Assembly: GCA_030390025.1 (NCBI GenBank)
Contig: CM059431.1
Location: 94,676,001 to 94,740,000, forward strand
Source of the DNA: Squalus acanthias
Taxonomy: Eukaryota
Direction of reading: 5' to 3'
Length of the DNA: 64,000 bases
Shown here: piece by piece, positions 10,910 to 22,346 of the stretch
How positions within the stretch are numbered: the stretch's first letter is position 1
Layout of the letters: every line of letters begins with the position of its first letter
Notes under the pieces: generated by a model
Told to the model about the DNA's origin: nothing
The model's input: only the letters and a program-made list of their open reading frames with translations
Databases searched by the model: none
Made by a program: the position numbers and the translations under genes

Positions 10910-12046
10910 GGGGGGCAAGTAAAGTAATGGGTGTCAATTATCCCACTTCCTTCCTGCCGTGTCCCCATATTAACCTGCTTTTTTGAGCAGGCGAGCAGGA
11001 CACCCACAGGAAGGAAGCGGGATCCTGTTTTAATTATGCAGATTGCCTCCAATGATGTCATCAGAACCTGATCTGCAATATTAACCTGAGGCCGTGGGAA
11101 GGGGCAATGTCGTCTTCACGGTCAGGCAAAATCCGCCGGGAGCCAGATCCTGGGTCAGAAGAAGCCCGGCAGTTAAGTTTAAAATTTATTTTTCAGGTTT
11201 TCTTGTTGGGCAGGAGGCGCAGGAGTGCTCCTCTAGGCCTCACAAGGAGGCCTTGGGCGTCCCCTGGATCGCGGCAAGATCCACCCTCCCCAGCCCTGAT
11301 TGCTGACAGACCCCTCCCCGCCCTGTCCCCCCCTCCCCACTCCGCCCCCCCCCACTCCCCACTCCGCCCTGCCCCCCCCTCCCCACTCCGCCCTGCCCCC
11401 CCTCCCCACTCCGCCCCTCCCCACTCCGCCCTGCCCCCCCCTCCCCACTCCGCCCCCCCCACTCCCCACTCCGCCCTGCCCCCCCTCCCCACTCCGCCCC
11501 CCCACACCTCACTCCGCCCTGCCCCCCCCACTCCGCCCCCCCCACTCCCCACTCCGCCCTGCCCCCCCCCACTCCGCCCCCCCCCCACTCCCCACTCCGC
11601 CCCTCCCCACTCCGCCCTGCCCCCCCACTCCCCACTCCGCCCTGCACCTCCCCACTCCGCCCCCACCCCCCCCCCCACTCCGCACCCCCCCCCCCACTCC
11701 GCACCCCCCCCCCCCCCCGCCCACTCCCCACTCCGATTATGGAAAGACTTCCCACCCCCGGCCCTGATTGAAGCCTGTTCACAGCCAGCCCTCCCCTCCC
11801 CTCCCGATTGCGGCTTCGAGTCCCGAATTGCCGAGGACTGCTGCGGCCTCCTGCCGCTTGCTTGCGCTCCCGCCTGCCAGTTGGCTGTCAATCTGGCCGA
11901 CTGTCGGGCGGGAGACTGTATCATGTTAATTAAATGAGGACCTGCCGTTGAGATCAGCAGGGCTTCCTCGTCCCTGTCCTTGCCGGGTTCTTTGGCCAAT
12001 TACAGCCTCCCCCACGCACTCCCACCTCCTCGCAAATATCGGGGCC
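10910..12046 (+). mobile_element. MITE-like non-autonomous element with internal C-rich minisatellite
   Basis: Hairpin core at 11201-11246 shared with 161-209 and 59750-59801; right end aaatatcggggcc. Left boundary approximate. Confidence 0.45.
11310..11735. repeat. C-rich minisatellite (ccccactccgccc variants)
   Basis: Visible tandem copies; the minus strand is G-run rich. Confidence 0.9.
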
Positions 12047-13384
12047 AAAAAGTCTGCTTTTTAGAATATATTTCTACAGACATCAGTGTCTCAGAACTGG
12101 AGAAATTAGTTGTTATGCTGTCAGTGTATTATCATCATTAAATCAAACATCAGAACTCAAGCCATGATCTCAACTCCTGCCTCTCCATTAGCTCATCTCT
12201 GATTCCAAACTGAGCAAAATCACTCAACCTTAACTTTGAGGAAGTTTAGGCTTATTTGTAAAAAGCTGTTTTGTTTTGGTTAGTGTTTGTTCTTGATCCA
12301 GTCATTTTAATCTCTGGAAACCATTTAGCTCATAATGATCTCCACACAATGACCACATTATGTGAAGCGCGGAGTCATAAAATTTACCCTGTTCTCTTCC
12401 ACCGTTGTTCGATTAATATCTTTCTTAAAATGTTCTTTACATTTTCAAATAAAAAGTAGCTATTAACTGGCCAAGTGAAGGTTTACTTTGAGTTCTCTTG
12501 ACGCGCTGTTATCCTGACTGGCATGTCACAGGGTCGGATTCCCAATCAGGTGCTCCCAGCAAAGCACTGGGCAGGAAATTAAGGGCTGACAGCCCCTGAT
12601 TTTCACTTTATTTAAGTTAGTGGATGGAAAATGTCTCAACCAGCGTTGAGTATGAGAATGAGGTGCAGGTCCTCACCAACATGACTTCTCTTTCATGCCG
12701 GCACGGGCACGATGGACCGAATGGCTTCCTTCAGTTCTCTATGATTCGAAGTGGCCGATTGGCAAATTGTATTAAGTTTTAAAGTTTTTTTTCAATAGGT
12801 TCCATAAAGTTTCAACTTTATAAAAAGTGCAATGATCCCTGACAACAACTTTTCCTTTGTGTTTAGTTAGCAACAGACTTGGTCATTTTCAGTTATTAAC
12901 TGCAGTCTAACATACAAAGGGTTAAGGAACTAAAACTGAAATTTTCATTCTTTTGTAAGACACGGTTTAGAATTAGAGCTCAATAAGATTCTGTTCTCCT
13001 TGTTTATGAATAGTTTTAGATCTAAATATTAATGTACATTTATTTACTGTTTAATTGTTTTTAATAATGCAATGAATATATTAAAAGTCTAGGGCCTTAG
13101 AAATTGGATAAGGCCCAAAAATGGGCGCGGGCAGCGCAAAGCGCAATGTGCCTGTGCCCATTCAAAGTGGTGCAAGCAGCAAGCCAAATTCGTGCTGCCT
13201 GCTCATTATAATGATTGCAGCACTGATTTCAGTGCTAAATGTGCTGCTGGATAGCTCAGCGCTGAACAGGTGGCCAATATCAGGTGCAGTCTACTGGCCA
13301 ATAAAGTTTGGCCTAGACTCGCTGCACTACTTAAAGGGGAGGTGCTTGTTGCAGAAACTCCTCATTGTCAGTGTGGAGAAAGCC

Positions 13385-15100
13385 ATGGCCCAACAGCCAA
13401 GAGAGAGGGCGAGGAGATTTTTGGATGCAGTACTGGCGGCCTTGGTCCTGGGGTTCAAAAATGCCATCAGGTCCTCTACACATAGCGGGGCAGGAGGCCT
13501 TCCAGGCAGAACAGCAGAAGGCTGTGGGAGGCGATAGCTGAAGCTGTCAGTGCGATGAGTGTTGTCCCCAGGACCTGGTTCCAGTGCTGCAAGAAGTTTA
13601 ATGACCTCACACGAGTGGCCAAGATGAGTGAATGCACCACCAACTGCACCACTAGCCTCAGACACGGCTCAATGCACCATACCCACATCACTCACCTACC
13701 AACAGTCTCCAGAAATCACCACTCATACCTCACAAACATGGCTTCACCTCACCCTCACACACTTAACACTGCTGCAAGATTCACACCCACATCTCACACC
13801 TTACGCACACTGCAATCAACTCAACCATGGCAGGCACATCACCCTAACACATTGTACCACACTCACTGACACACTTCCCTTTCTCTTGCAGGCAAAAGTG
13901 GCTCATAATCGCCAGGAGCAGCAGCAGACGGGTGGAGGAGAAGCCCATCTGCAGAATTTAACTGAGCTGGAGGAAGCAATGCTGGAGTTCATTGGCAGGG
14001 CAGTGGCTGAGTCCGTGGTGAGCAGCAAAGTTGGAAACTTTGCTGATGATGATGATGGTATGCTCATACCTAATCCTTCTTCTTACATCCCACTTCCCCC
14101 TTATCCCATAATCTCTTCTCACTTACAAGCTGCTGATGGTGTAGGCATGGATATCTTGCTTTCCCCACCTCCCCTCACCACAACCCAACCCTTGTGCCTT
14201 TCTCCTTTCAGATACCCAAGAAGTCCCACCAGCACGGCCTGTCCCTGATGTTCTGGAGGAGGAGAATGAACGAGAAGCAGAGGCACCGTCACTGCATCTG
14301 ACACTCGCAGGCACCAGCTCATAAAATGGCACTGTGTGGACTTTAGAGGGAAGTATAGAGGCAGGATCTGCATGTGGTGAGTCATCGGGCACAAGTGGGC
14401 TGCAAGGAAAGGGTAGCTCGGTTGCCAGCTCCCCAGAGGGAGAGTTCATGCATGAGTTCTGCTGCACAGGACTCAGATGATGACCTCGATGTGGCGGCCT
14501 ACAGAAGAAGGGTGATGGGCATGCACACAGAAACGCTTGGTGCAATGGCAAGGGTGCCCGAGAGCCTCTTGTCAGTGTCAAGGAGCATGCAGGAGTCCAT
14601 CTCCAACATTGTATGGGGCTTTGCGCGAAGCTTGGAGCCATGGTTTCCAGAATGGAAATGATGGGCAACTCCATGAGAGACCTTGTGGATCCAACCATGA
14701 TGCTGGGTGTGATGGGCGATGTCGCAGCTCTGGCGGAAGTGACTCAACATCTCAGTGCTGCAGTGGAATCTCCAACTGCTGCCATCGAAGCTGGGTTTAC
14801 GAGTGTGGAAAGGAGTTTGCAGGGTCCAACAGCACTCCAGCAATCTGTCCTCTAACAGATGGCTAGGAATGTTGAGAAGCCGCCTCAGGGCAGTGGCAGT
14901 GGCTCTGTGGAGCAAGAACCTGGTGTCATCTCTCAAGAGGACGCATTCCTACTCCCATTATTGCCACTCCGCAAGTGTCCTTGCTGCTGCCTGTCATCCA
15001 GCCAGCCCAGACAGCTGCCGCACCTGCTGAGGTGGTGCAGTCTACAGCTGGGCCTTCTAGGTCCAGAGCTGCTCGAGGTCGTCCTGCAAGGTCATCTTCA
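13385..15100 (+). pseudogene. Harbinger Myb/SANT-like DNA-binding protein, 3 exons (~13385-13623, 13892-14057, 14212-~15100)
   Basis: MAQQPRERARRF..., WEAIAEAVSAMSVVPRTWFQCCKKFNDL, then AKVAHNRQEQQQTGGG after a pyrimidine-rich ttgcag acceptor. Donor gtatg at 14058 and acceptor tttcag at 14211. The first donor has decayed to atgagt. Confidence 0.78.
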
Positions 15101-15129
15101 GTGACCCCCACAGAAACTCAGCAGCCTTC

Positions 15130-15486
15130 CACCGGAGTCTGATGTGGCGCTCAAGGACAGCCCGTCCGTAATGGGGATCTGCTGCCTGCCTCCTCTCTTC
15201 CTCCTCCTCCTGAGGTAGTCCCAGAACCTGTGCCCTTATGATGGCCAATTTGTAGAGCATGCAGCAGACCACCATGAAATGGGACACCCACTCCGGTGTG
15301 TACTGGCGGTCTCCTCCCGAGTGGTCAAGGTGGCAAAACCATTGCTTGAGCACCCCGATGGTCTGCTCAATGAGGTTCCTCGTAGCAGCATGGCTGTCAT
15401 TATACGAGTGCTGGCCACAAGTAGTGGGGTTGGGGAGGGGAGTCATCAGCCAGGTGTAGAACGGATAGACATTGTCTCCAAGTAGC
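15130..15486 (-). pseudogene. Harbinger (HARBI1-like) transposase C-terminal part
   Basis: LLGDNVYPFYTWLMTP...YNDSHAATRNLIEQTIGVLKQWFCHLDHSGG...VVCCMLYKLAI. Confidence 0.88.
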
Positions 15487-17043
15487 CTCTCCCTGTTCCT
15501 CCTGCCAAAATGCATCACCTCACACTTCTCTGTTTTAAATTCCATCTGCCACTTGTCTGCCCATTCTGCTAGCCTTTCTATGTCCTGTTGCAGTCAATTG
15601 GTATCATCCTCACTGTTTGCAACACCCCCAAGTTTGGTGCCATCAGCAAATTTAGAAATTCTACTCTGTATTCCAATATCCAGGTCATTTATATAAAAAA
15701 GCAGTGGCCCCAGCACTGACCCTTGGGGAACACCACTGTCTACCATCCTCCAGTCTGATAAACAGCCATTTACCACAACTCGCTGATTTCTGTCCTTAAG
15801 CCAATTCCTTATCCAAGCTGCCACTGACCCACCTATTCCATGAGCCTCAATTTTGTTAACCAGCCTTCTATGTGGTACTTTGTCAAATGCCTTCCTAAAA
15901 TCCATGTAGACAACATTCATTGCATTCCCATCATCAATCCTCCCTGTTACTTCATCAAAAAATTCAATTAGATTAGTCAAACACGATCTGCCTTTTACAA
16001 ATCCATGTTGGCTCTCCTTAATTAGCTTAAATCTCTCCAAGTGCCCATTAATTTTTTCCTTGATTATTGATTCTAAAACTTTACCCATCACTGATGTTAA
16101 ACTGATCGGCCAGTAGTTACCAGGATTGTCCTTACACCCTTTCTTGAACAATGGTGTCACATTTGCCAGTTTCCAATGTTCAGGCACCTTCCCCGTATCT
16201 AGGGAAGATTGGAAAATTATGGCAAGTCCTTCCGCTATCTCCTCCCCCAATTCCCTTAGCAACCTAGGATGCAAGCCATCTGGACCAGGCGACTTATCCA
16301 CTCTAAGCAAACCCAGCCTTTCTCATACATCCTGTCTATCAATTTTCACCCCTTCTATTGCTTCTACCTTTTCCACTTCTACCAGCATCCACCTCCTTAG
16401 TAAACATTGATACAAAGTACTCATTGAGTATAACAGCAGAAAACGCTGGAAAAACTCAGCAGGCCAGGCAGCATCCGTGGAGAGAGCAACAGATCAGGTC
16501 GAAGACCTTCCGTCAGAACTGGAAAAAAGCAGGAAATGGAATAGATATTCACTTTAAAATGTCACTTTAATTCACCGCTTCAGTCCCACTCAGACCTCAC
16601 CGTCCTCGGCCTCTTGCATTGTTCCACGGAAGCTCAGCGTAAGCTCGAGGAACAGCACCACATCTTTCGATTAGGTACTCTATAGCCCTCTGGACTCAAC
16701 ATAGAGTTCAACAATTTCAGAACAAAACCTCGGCCCCTATCACTGATATATATATATTTTTTTCCACACTTTTTGTTTGGCCTTTTTTTTCTTCCCTCCC
16801 ACATGGCAGCTGTCCTTCATTCTGCCAGCACAATTCACACTTCATCTGAGCCATCCTTTGTTCCTTAACCTGTCACATTACCACCTCCTCTTGCCTTGAA
16901 TATGTCTTAATGTCCCTCAATGTCTCTTCATCTCTCCTGCTTTCTATCCTATCACTGACATTCCCTTTTGTTCTTTCATCCCCTCCCCCATTTCCCAGCC
17001 CCTAAACCTGCGTTAAAATCTATTCCATTTCCTGCTTTTGTCC

Positions 17044-17080
17044 AGTTCTGAAGAAAGGTCTTCGACCTGAAACGTTAACT
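17044..17080 (+). ncRNA. Minimal hammerhead ribozyme core in Penelope terminal repeat
   Basis: CUGAAGA - stem II aggtc/ttc/gacct - GAAAC - gtt, matching the minimal type I hammerhead pattern known from Penelope-like elements. Confidence 0.75.
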
Positions 17081-20000
17081 CTGTTTCGCTCTCCACAGAT
17101 GCTGCCTGGCCTGCTGAGTTTTTCCAGCGTTTTCTGTTGTTATTTTGGATTTCCAGCATCCGCAGTATTTTGCTATTGTATTAGTGTTTGGTTCACTGCC
17201 ACCTCTCTTCTAGGAATGCCCACCTTGAAGTTCTGCTCTTCTCTTCGACGGGATTTCCATTTGTCTCTTCAACCTTGTTCATCTTCACTGCTTTCAGTTT
17301 CCCTTCTCGTGTTTGATCAGGTATCTGCCAAGACTCGGTTTCACAGCCACATCTCTTTCCTCAGCAACTGTCTCCGGTTCCGACTTACTCCACGTGGATT
17401 CCAACTAAACTTCCACCCTTCGTGTTTCTGATCCACCCAGGATTAAAAATATCTCCACGCTCAACGCCATGCGGCGCCACATGAACACTCTCGACCTCTC
17501 TCTTCAGCAGCACTGACGCACTCTATCTCAAAGCTGTCCGGGTCCACAATTCCATTTCATCCTTCGACTCATCCGACGCTTCAACAAAAAACTTTTTTTC
17601 TTCCTTTCTGATGTCAAGGATCGCAAGCTTCATCAACTCTTGAACACCAACGCCCCTCCGGAACCTTCTTCCCCTTCACTTTCCTCTGACCCCCCTTCTC
17701 CCAATCTCACCCCCTGCCGCGTTTTCACTATCCCTTCTGACCTTCCCCTCTCTGACCTTGAACGATCAGTCCTCAGCAAAGGCCTGAGCTTCATCCCCTT
17801 ACGCCCCCACCTCAATGAATTTCGAGCTCGGCACGATGCTGAGCTCTTTTTCCGCTGCCTTCCTCTCCGTGCCCACTTCTTTGGCCAGGAGTCTTCCCCC
17901 CGCACGGCTGACCCTTTCTCCTGTTTTCAGAATTCTCGTTCCACCTGGACCCCTCCCTCTGGCCTCTTACCCTCTCTAGATCTTTTCATTGCTAACTGCC
18001 GCCGTGACATCGGCCGTCTCAATTTCTCTGCTCCCCTCACTCACTCCAACCTACCTCCCTCTGAACTTGCAGCACTCCATTCTCTCAGATCCAACCCCGA
18101 CATTGTTATTAAACCTGCTGACAAGGGTGGTGCTGTTGTTGTTTGGTGAACCAACCTCTACCTAGTGGAAGCTGTACGCCAACTCTCCGACACCTCCTCC
18201 TACCTCCACCTGGACCATGACCCCACTACCGAATATCAAGCCACCGTTTCCAAGACTGTCACTGACCTCATCTCCTCTGGAGATCTTCCCCCCACGGCCA
18301 CCAACCTCATAGTTCCCCAACCCCGCACAGCCTGCTTCTACCTCCTTCCCAAGATCCACAAACAGGACTGCCCTGGTAGACCCATCGTTTCAGCCTGTTC
18401 TTGCCCCACGGAACTTATCTCTTCCTATCTCGACTATTTTTTCTACCCTTGTTCAGTCTCTTCCCACCAACATCCGCGACTCTTCCGACGCCCTCCACCA
18501 CTTTAACAGTTTCCAGTTTCCCGGCACCAACCGCTTCCTTTTCACTATGGACGTCCAATCCCTCTACACCTCCATCCCCCACCAGTGTGGCCTGAGGGCG
18601 CTCCGCTTCTTCCTTGAATAGAGGCCCAACCAGTCCCCATCCACCACCACCCTCCTCCGCCTGGCTGAACTTGTTCTCACATTGAACAACTTCTCCTTTG
18701 AATCCACTCATTTCCTCCAAATCAAAGGTGTTGCTATGGGTACCTGCATGGGTCCTAGCTATGCCTGCCTTTTCGTGGGATATGTGGAACACTCTTTGTT
18801 CCAGTCCTACTCGGGTCCCCTCCCTCACCTCTTTTTCCGGTACATTGATGACTGTATCGGTGCCGTCTCCTGCTCTTGCCCTGAACTAGAAAATTTCATT
18901 CACTTTGCTTCCAATTTCCACCATTCCCTCACCTTCACATGGTCCATCTCCGACTCTTCCCTTCCCTTCCTCGACTTCTCCGTCTCCATCTCTGGGGATA
19001 GGTTATTGACAAACATTCACTACAAGCCCATAGACTCCCACAGCTATCTGGACTACACTTCCTCCCACCCCGCCTCCTGTAAGGACTCTATTCCATTCTC
19101 CCAGTTTCTCCGTCTCCGCCGCATCTGCTCTGACGATGCCACCTTCCATACCAGTGCTTCCGACATATCTTCCTTTTTCCTCAACCGAGGATTCCCCTCT
19201 ACGGTGGTTGACACGGCCCTTAACCATGTCGGTTCTATCTCCCACACTTCTGCCCTCACCCCTGCCTCCCTCCCGGAACCACGATAGGGTTCCCCTTGTC
19301 CTCACCTTTCACCCCACCAGCCTCCACATTCAACGGTTCATCCTCTGCCATTTCCACCACCTCCAGCGTGATCCCACCACCAAACGCATCTTCCCCTCAC
19401 CTCCCTTTCAGCATTCCGCAGGGACCGCTCCCTCCGCGACACCCTAGTCCACTCCTCTATCACCCCCAGCACCCCTTCCCCTTCACCCGGCACCTTCCCA
19501 TGCAAGTATAGGAGATGCAACACATGCCCTTATACCTCCCCCCTTTCCACTGTCCAGGGCCCCAAACACCCCTTCCAGGTGAAACAGCGATTTACTTGTA
19601 CTTCTTGCAATTTAGTATACTGTATTCGCTGCTCACGATGTGGTCTCCTCTACATTGGGGAGACCAAACGCAGATTGGGTGACCACTTTGCGGAACACCT
19701 CCGTTCAGTCCGTAAGGGGAACCCTGAGCTCCCGGTGGCCTGTCACTTTAATTCACTGCTCCACTCCTACTCAGACCTCACCGTCCTCGGCCTCTTGCAT
19801 TGTTCCACGGAAGCTCAGCGTAAGCTCGAGGAACAGCACCTCATCTTTCGATTAGGCACTCTATAGCCCTCTGGACTCAACATGAGTTCAACAATTTCAG
19901 ATCATAACCTCGGCCCCTATCACATATATGTATATATTTTCTACAGTTTTTGTTTGGCCTTTTTTTCTTCCCTCCCACATGGCAGCTGTCCTTCATTCTG

Positions 20001-20236
20001 CCAGCCCAATTCACACTTCATCTGAGCCATCCTTTGTTTCTTAACCTGTCACATTACCACCTCCTCTTGCCTTGAATATGTCTTAATGTCCCTCAATGTC
20101 TCTTCATCTCTCCTGCTCTATATCCTATCACTGACATTCCCTTTTGTTCTTTCATCCCCTCCCCCATTTCCCAGCCCCTAAACCTGCGTTAAAATCTATT
20201 CCATTTCCTGCTTTTTTCTAGTTCTGAAGAAAGGTC

Positions 20237-22346
20237 TGTAAGGGTTTCTGAACCTGTGAGATTCGTGTGGCTCTGTGCTTAGCCTGGATGCTAGTGCGAG
20301 TTTAGGCCTTGTTGCCTGTTCTGGTCTCCAGCCAGTCTGGGAGCACTAGACACCTGTGAGTGGTTCGACCCACTCGCCCTTACGGTTCTGACACTGGACT
20401 TAGATGCGAGAGCAGTAATGGAGAGAAAACTCAGGTAGACCCGGTTGAATGGTACGAAATGGAAAATCTTTATTGCATATTATTCAAGATTATGAAATAC
20501 ATGTCATAAGCACAGATTAATGACAGTACAATCTTACACGCAGTTATGTGACTAATTTCAGGGAAACGAGGAACGCACGGCACATTGTAAAAAGGGGAAC
20601 ACATTATATTTATCCTTAATAAAACCACCCTCCCCTATTAATACCTACACTAATCTAGATTTGTAGGATCGAGAAAGCATGCTCACCACTCGTGATACTT
20701 CGGAGAATTTTAAAGTAAGGCACTCGGCTCGTTTCGCTGCAGTTCTTTCTTGTATTTTCGGGCGCGGTCGGGGTTTACTGACCGTGGCGGTACGTGGATT
20801 CTTCTCCTCTTCTTCTCGTCTCGTCTCGTAGTCAACAGAGTCCAGAGAAAAACAGAAGGCTGCTCGTCCAGCAGAGCGATACCCGAGGATCAGAATAGGA
20901 GAATAAAAGTTCAGCAGTCATCAGCGAGATCAATCAGTCAAGAGTCCAGCCCGAGTCAAGAGTCAGCAGAGATATAAGTCGAATCCAGAGAATAAGCCCT
21001 TGATGGACATTTGTTCACTATAGTTATAGTGCTGTGTTCCCTTATCTCCCGCTCAAATCTTAATGTTTGTCCTTTGTGAAATGCTGGTGCACAAAACTCC
21101 CAGCATGGGGCGATTCTTTCCTTTAATGGGTTTCGGTAGCACCTTAAACTGGCCAAGTAGCCGTTAATGTTTTCCCCATTGTCGAGCCGGCTAGGAGTCT
21201 CCCTGACTGGGTTTTTGGGGCCTCCTCGAATACTGATATGTGTATTGCTGTGTCTGGATGGGCCTTCGATTGCCCAGTACAATGGTCCTTACTTGTGCAT
21301 GGAAAACGATTCCAGCACTTATATCTTTGTTATTGTGTCGAATGCAGACAGGTTGCATCCTGTCTTTATCAGTGTTTGCTGCGTATTAACCAATCTTATA
21401 CTGAAATGTTTATTCGAACGCCATCTTGTCTGCTTGTCGAAAAGTCTAGAATGTTCTGCCACGAGGCGTGGCGGCCATTTTACAGGCTGCTTGTGTCCAC
21501 TTTGAAAACCTGACAGCATTCTGCTGAAATAAAGCTGTTTGAACGAAACTAATGGGCCGAAAATTGATCCCGGGACGCGAGAGTACGCACTGCATACTCT
21601 CGCGTATTACCACTCCAATTGCCGGTTTTCTGCATGCCCTGCGCATGCGCTGAAAACCGGCAATTGCTCTTCCGAAAAGGGGGCGGGGCCTGGCTGCATC
21701 GCGTGCGCGCTACAGGCTGCGCGCACGCTGTGCACTTCATGCTTTGGACGCGCAGGTAAGTAGGGAAGATTTTGGAAATGTAAAAAGGAGGAGTAAGACC
21801 CGCTTTTAAGAAGGTAAGTAGTGAATTAAGTATTTTTTTGAATTTTTTTTTACAGGTATATCTTTTTTATAGACTTAAAAGACAGGTAAGTTTATTTTTA
21901 TAACTTTTTAAAAGATTTTAAATTTTTTCAAAAATTTAATTTTTTATTTAAAATGGTTAATTTAATTAACTATACTTATTTTATTAATGTGATGGTTTTT
22001 TTTTAAATTTAATTGAGGTTTAGCTGTTATTTTGGGGGGGTGTAAGATTCATAAGTCTCACAGCCATGCTGTGAGACTTATGAATGGAAGATGGTGTGCT
22101 GCCATTGGCTCTAACTGAGTCACGTGATCCCACAGCTCGCACGAATTAACTACGCCGCTGGGATACGCAAGCCCAGCACAGCTGATGTCTGGAACATCAA
22201 TTTCGTGCGAGCTGGATCAGAAAAAGCATAAGCGAGGTGAGACATCGCGGGGAAGGCTTACCCCCGCGGGAACAGAGCGAGATCAATTTCTGGGCCATTG
22301 TGTTTTCTCCTTATTTATAAAATCGCGATATATTGCGAATTCTACA
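20237..22346 (-). mobile_element. Solo LTR (~1.36 kb excluding the nested MITE)
   Basis: TGTA...TACA ends and exact 4-bp TSD ggtc (20233-20236 / 22347-22350). Removing it restores the Penelope repeat aaggtc|ttcgacctgaaac. AATAAA on the minus strand at ~20469. Confidence 0.82.
21554..22296. mobile_element. MITE (Harbinger-like ends) with AT-rich core
   Basis: TIRs gggccgaaaattgatc / gatcaatttctgggcc with 3-bp flanks aat/att. Related to 50879-54783 (shared gcatgcgctgaaaaccgg and ggtaagttt(t)attttt). Confidence 0.8.

Noticed and set aside
11107..11999. Pro-rich and Gly-rich ORFs up to 276 aa
   Set aside because: Translations of the C-rich minisatellite.
13385..15486. Domesticated host genes HARBI1/NAIF1/MSANTD
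   Set aside because: Stops, frameshifts, a decayed splice donor and TIRs indicate a dead transposon.
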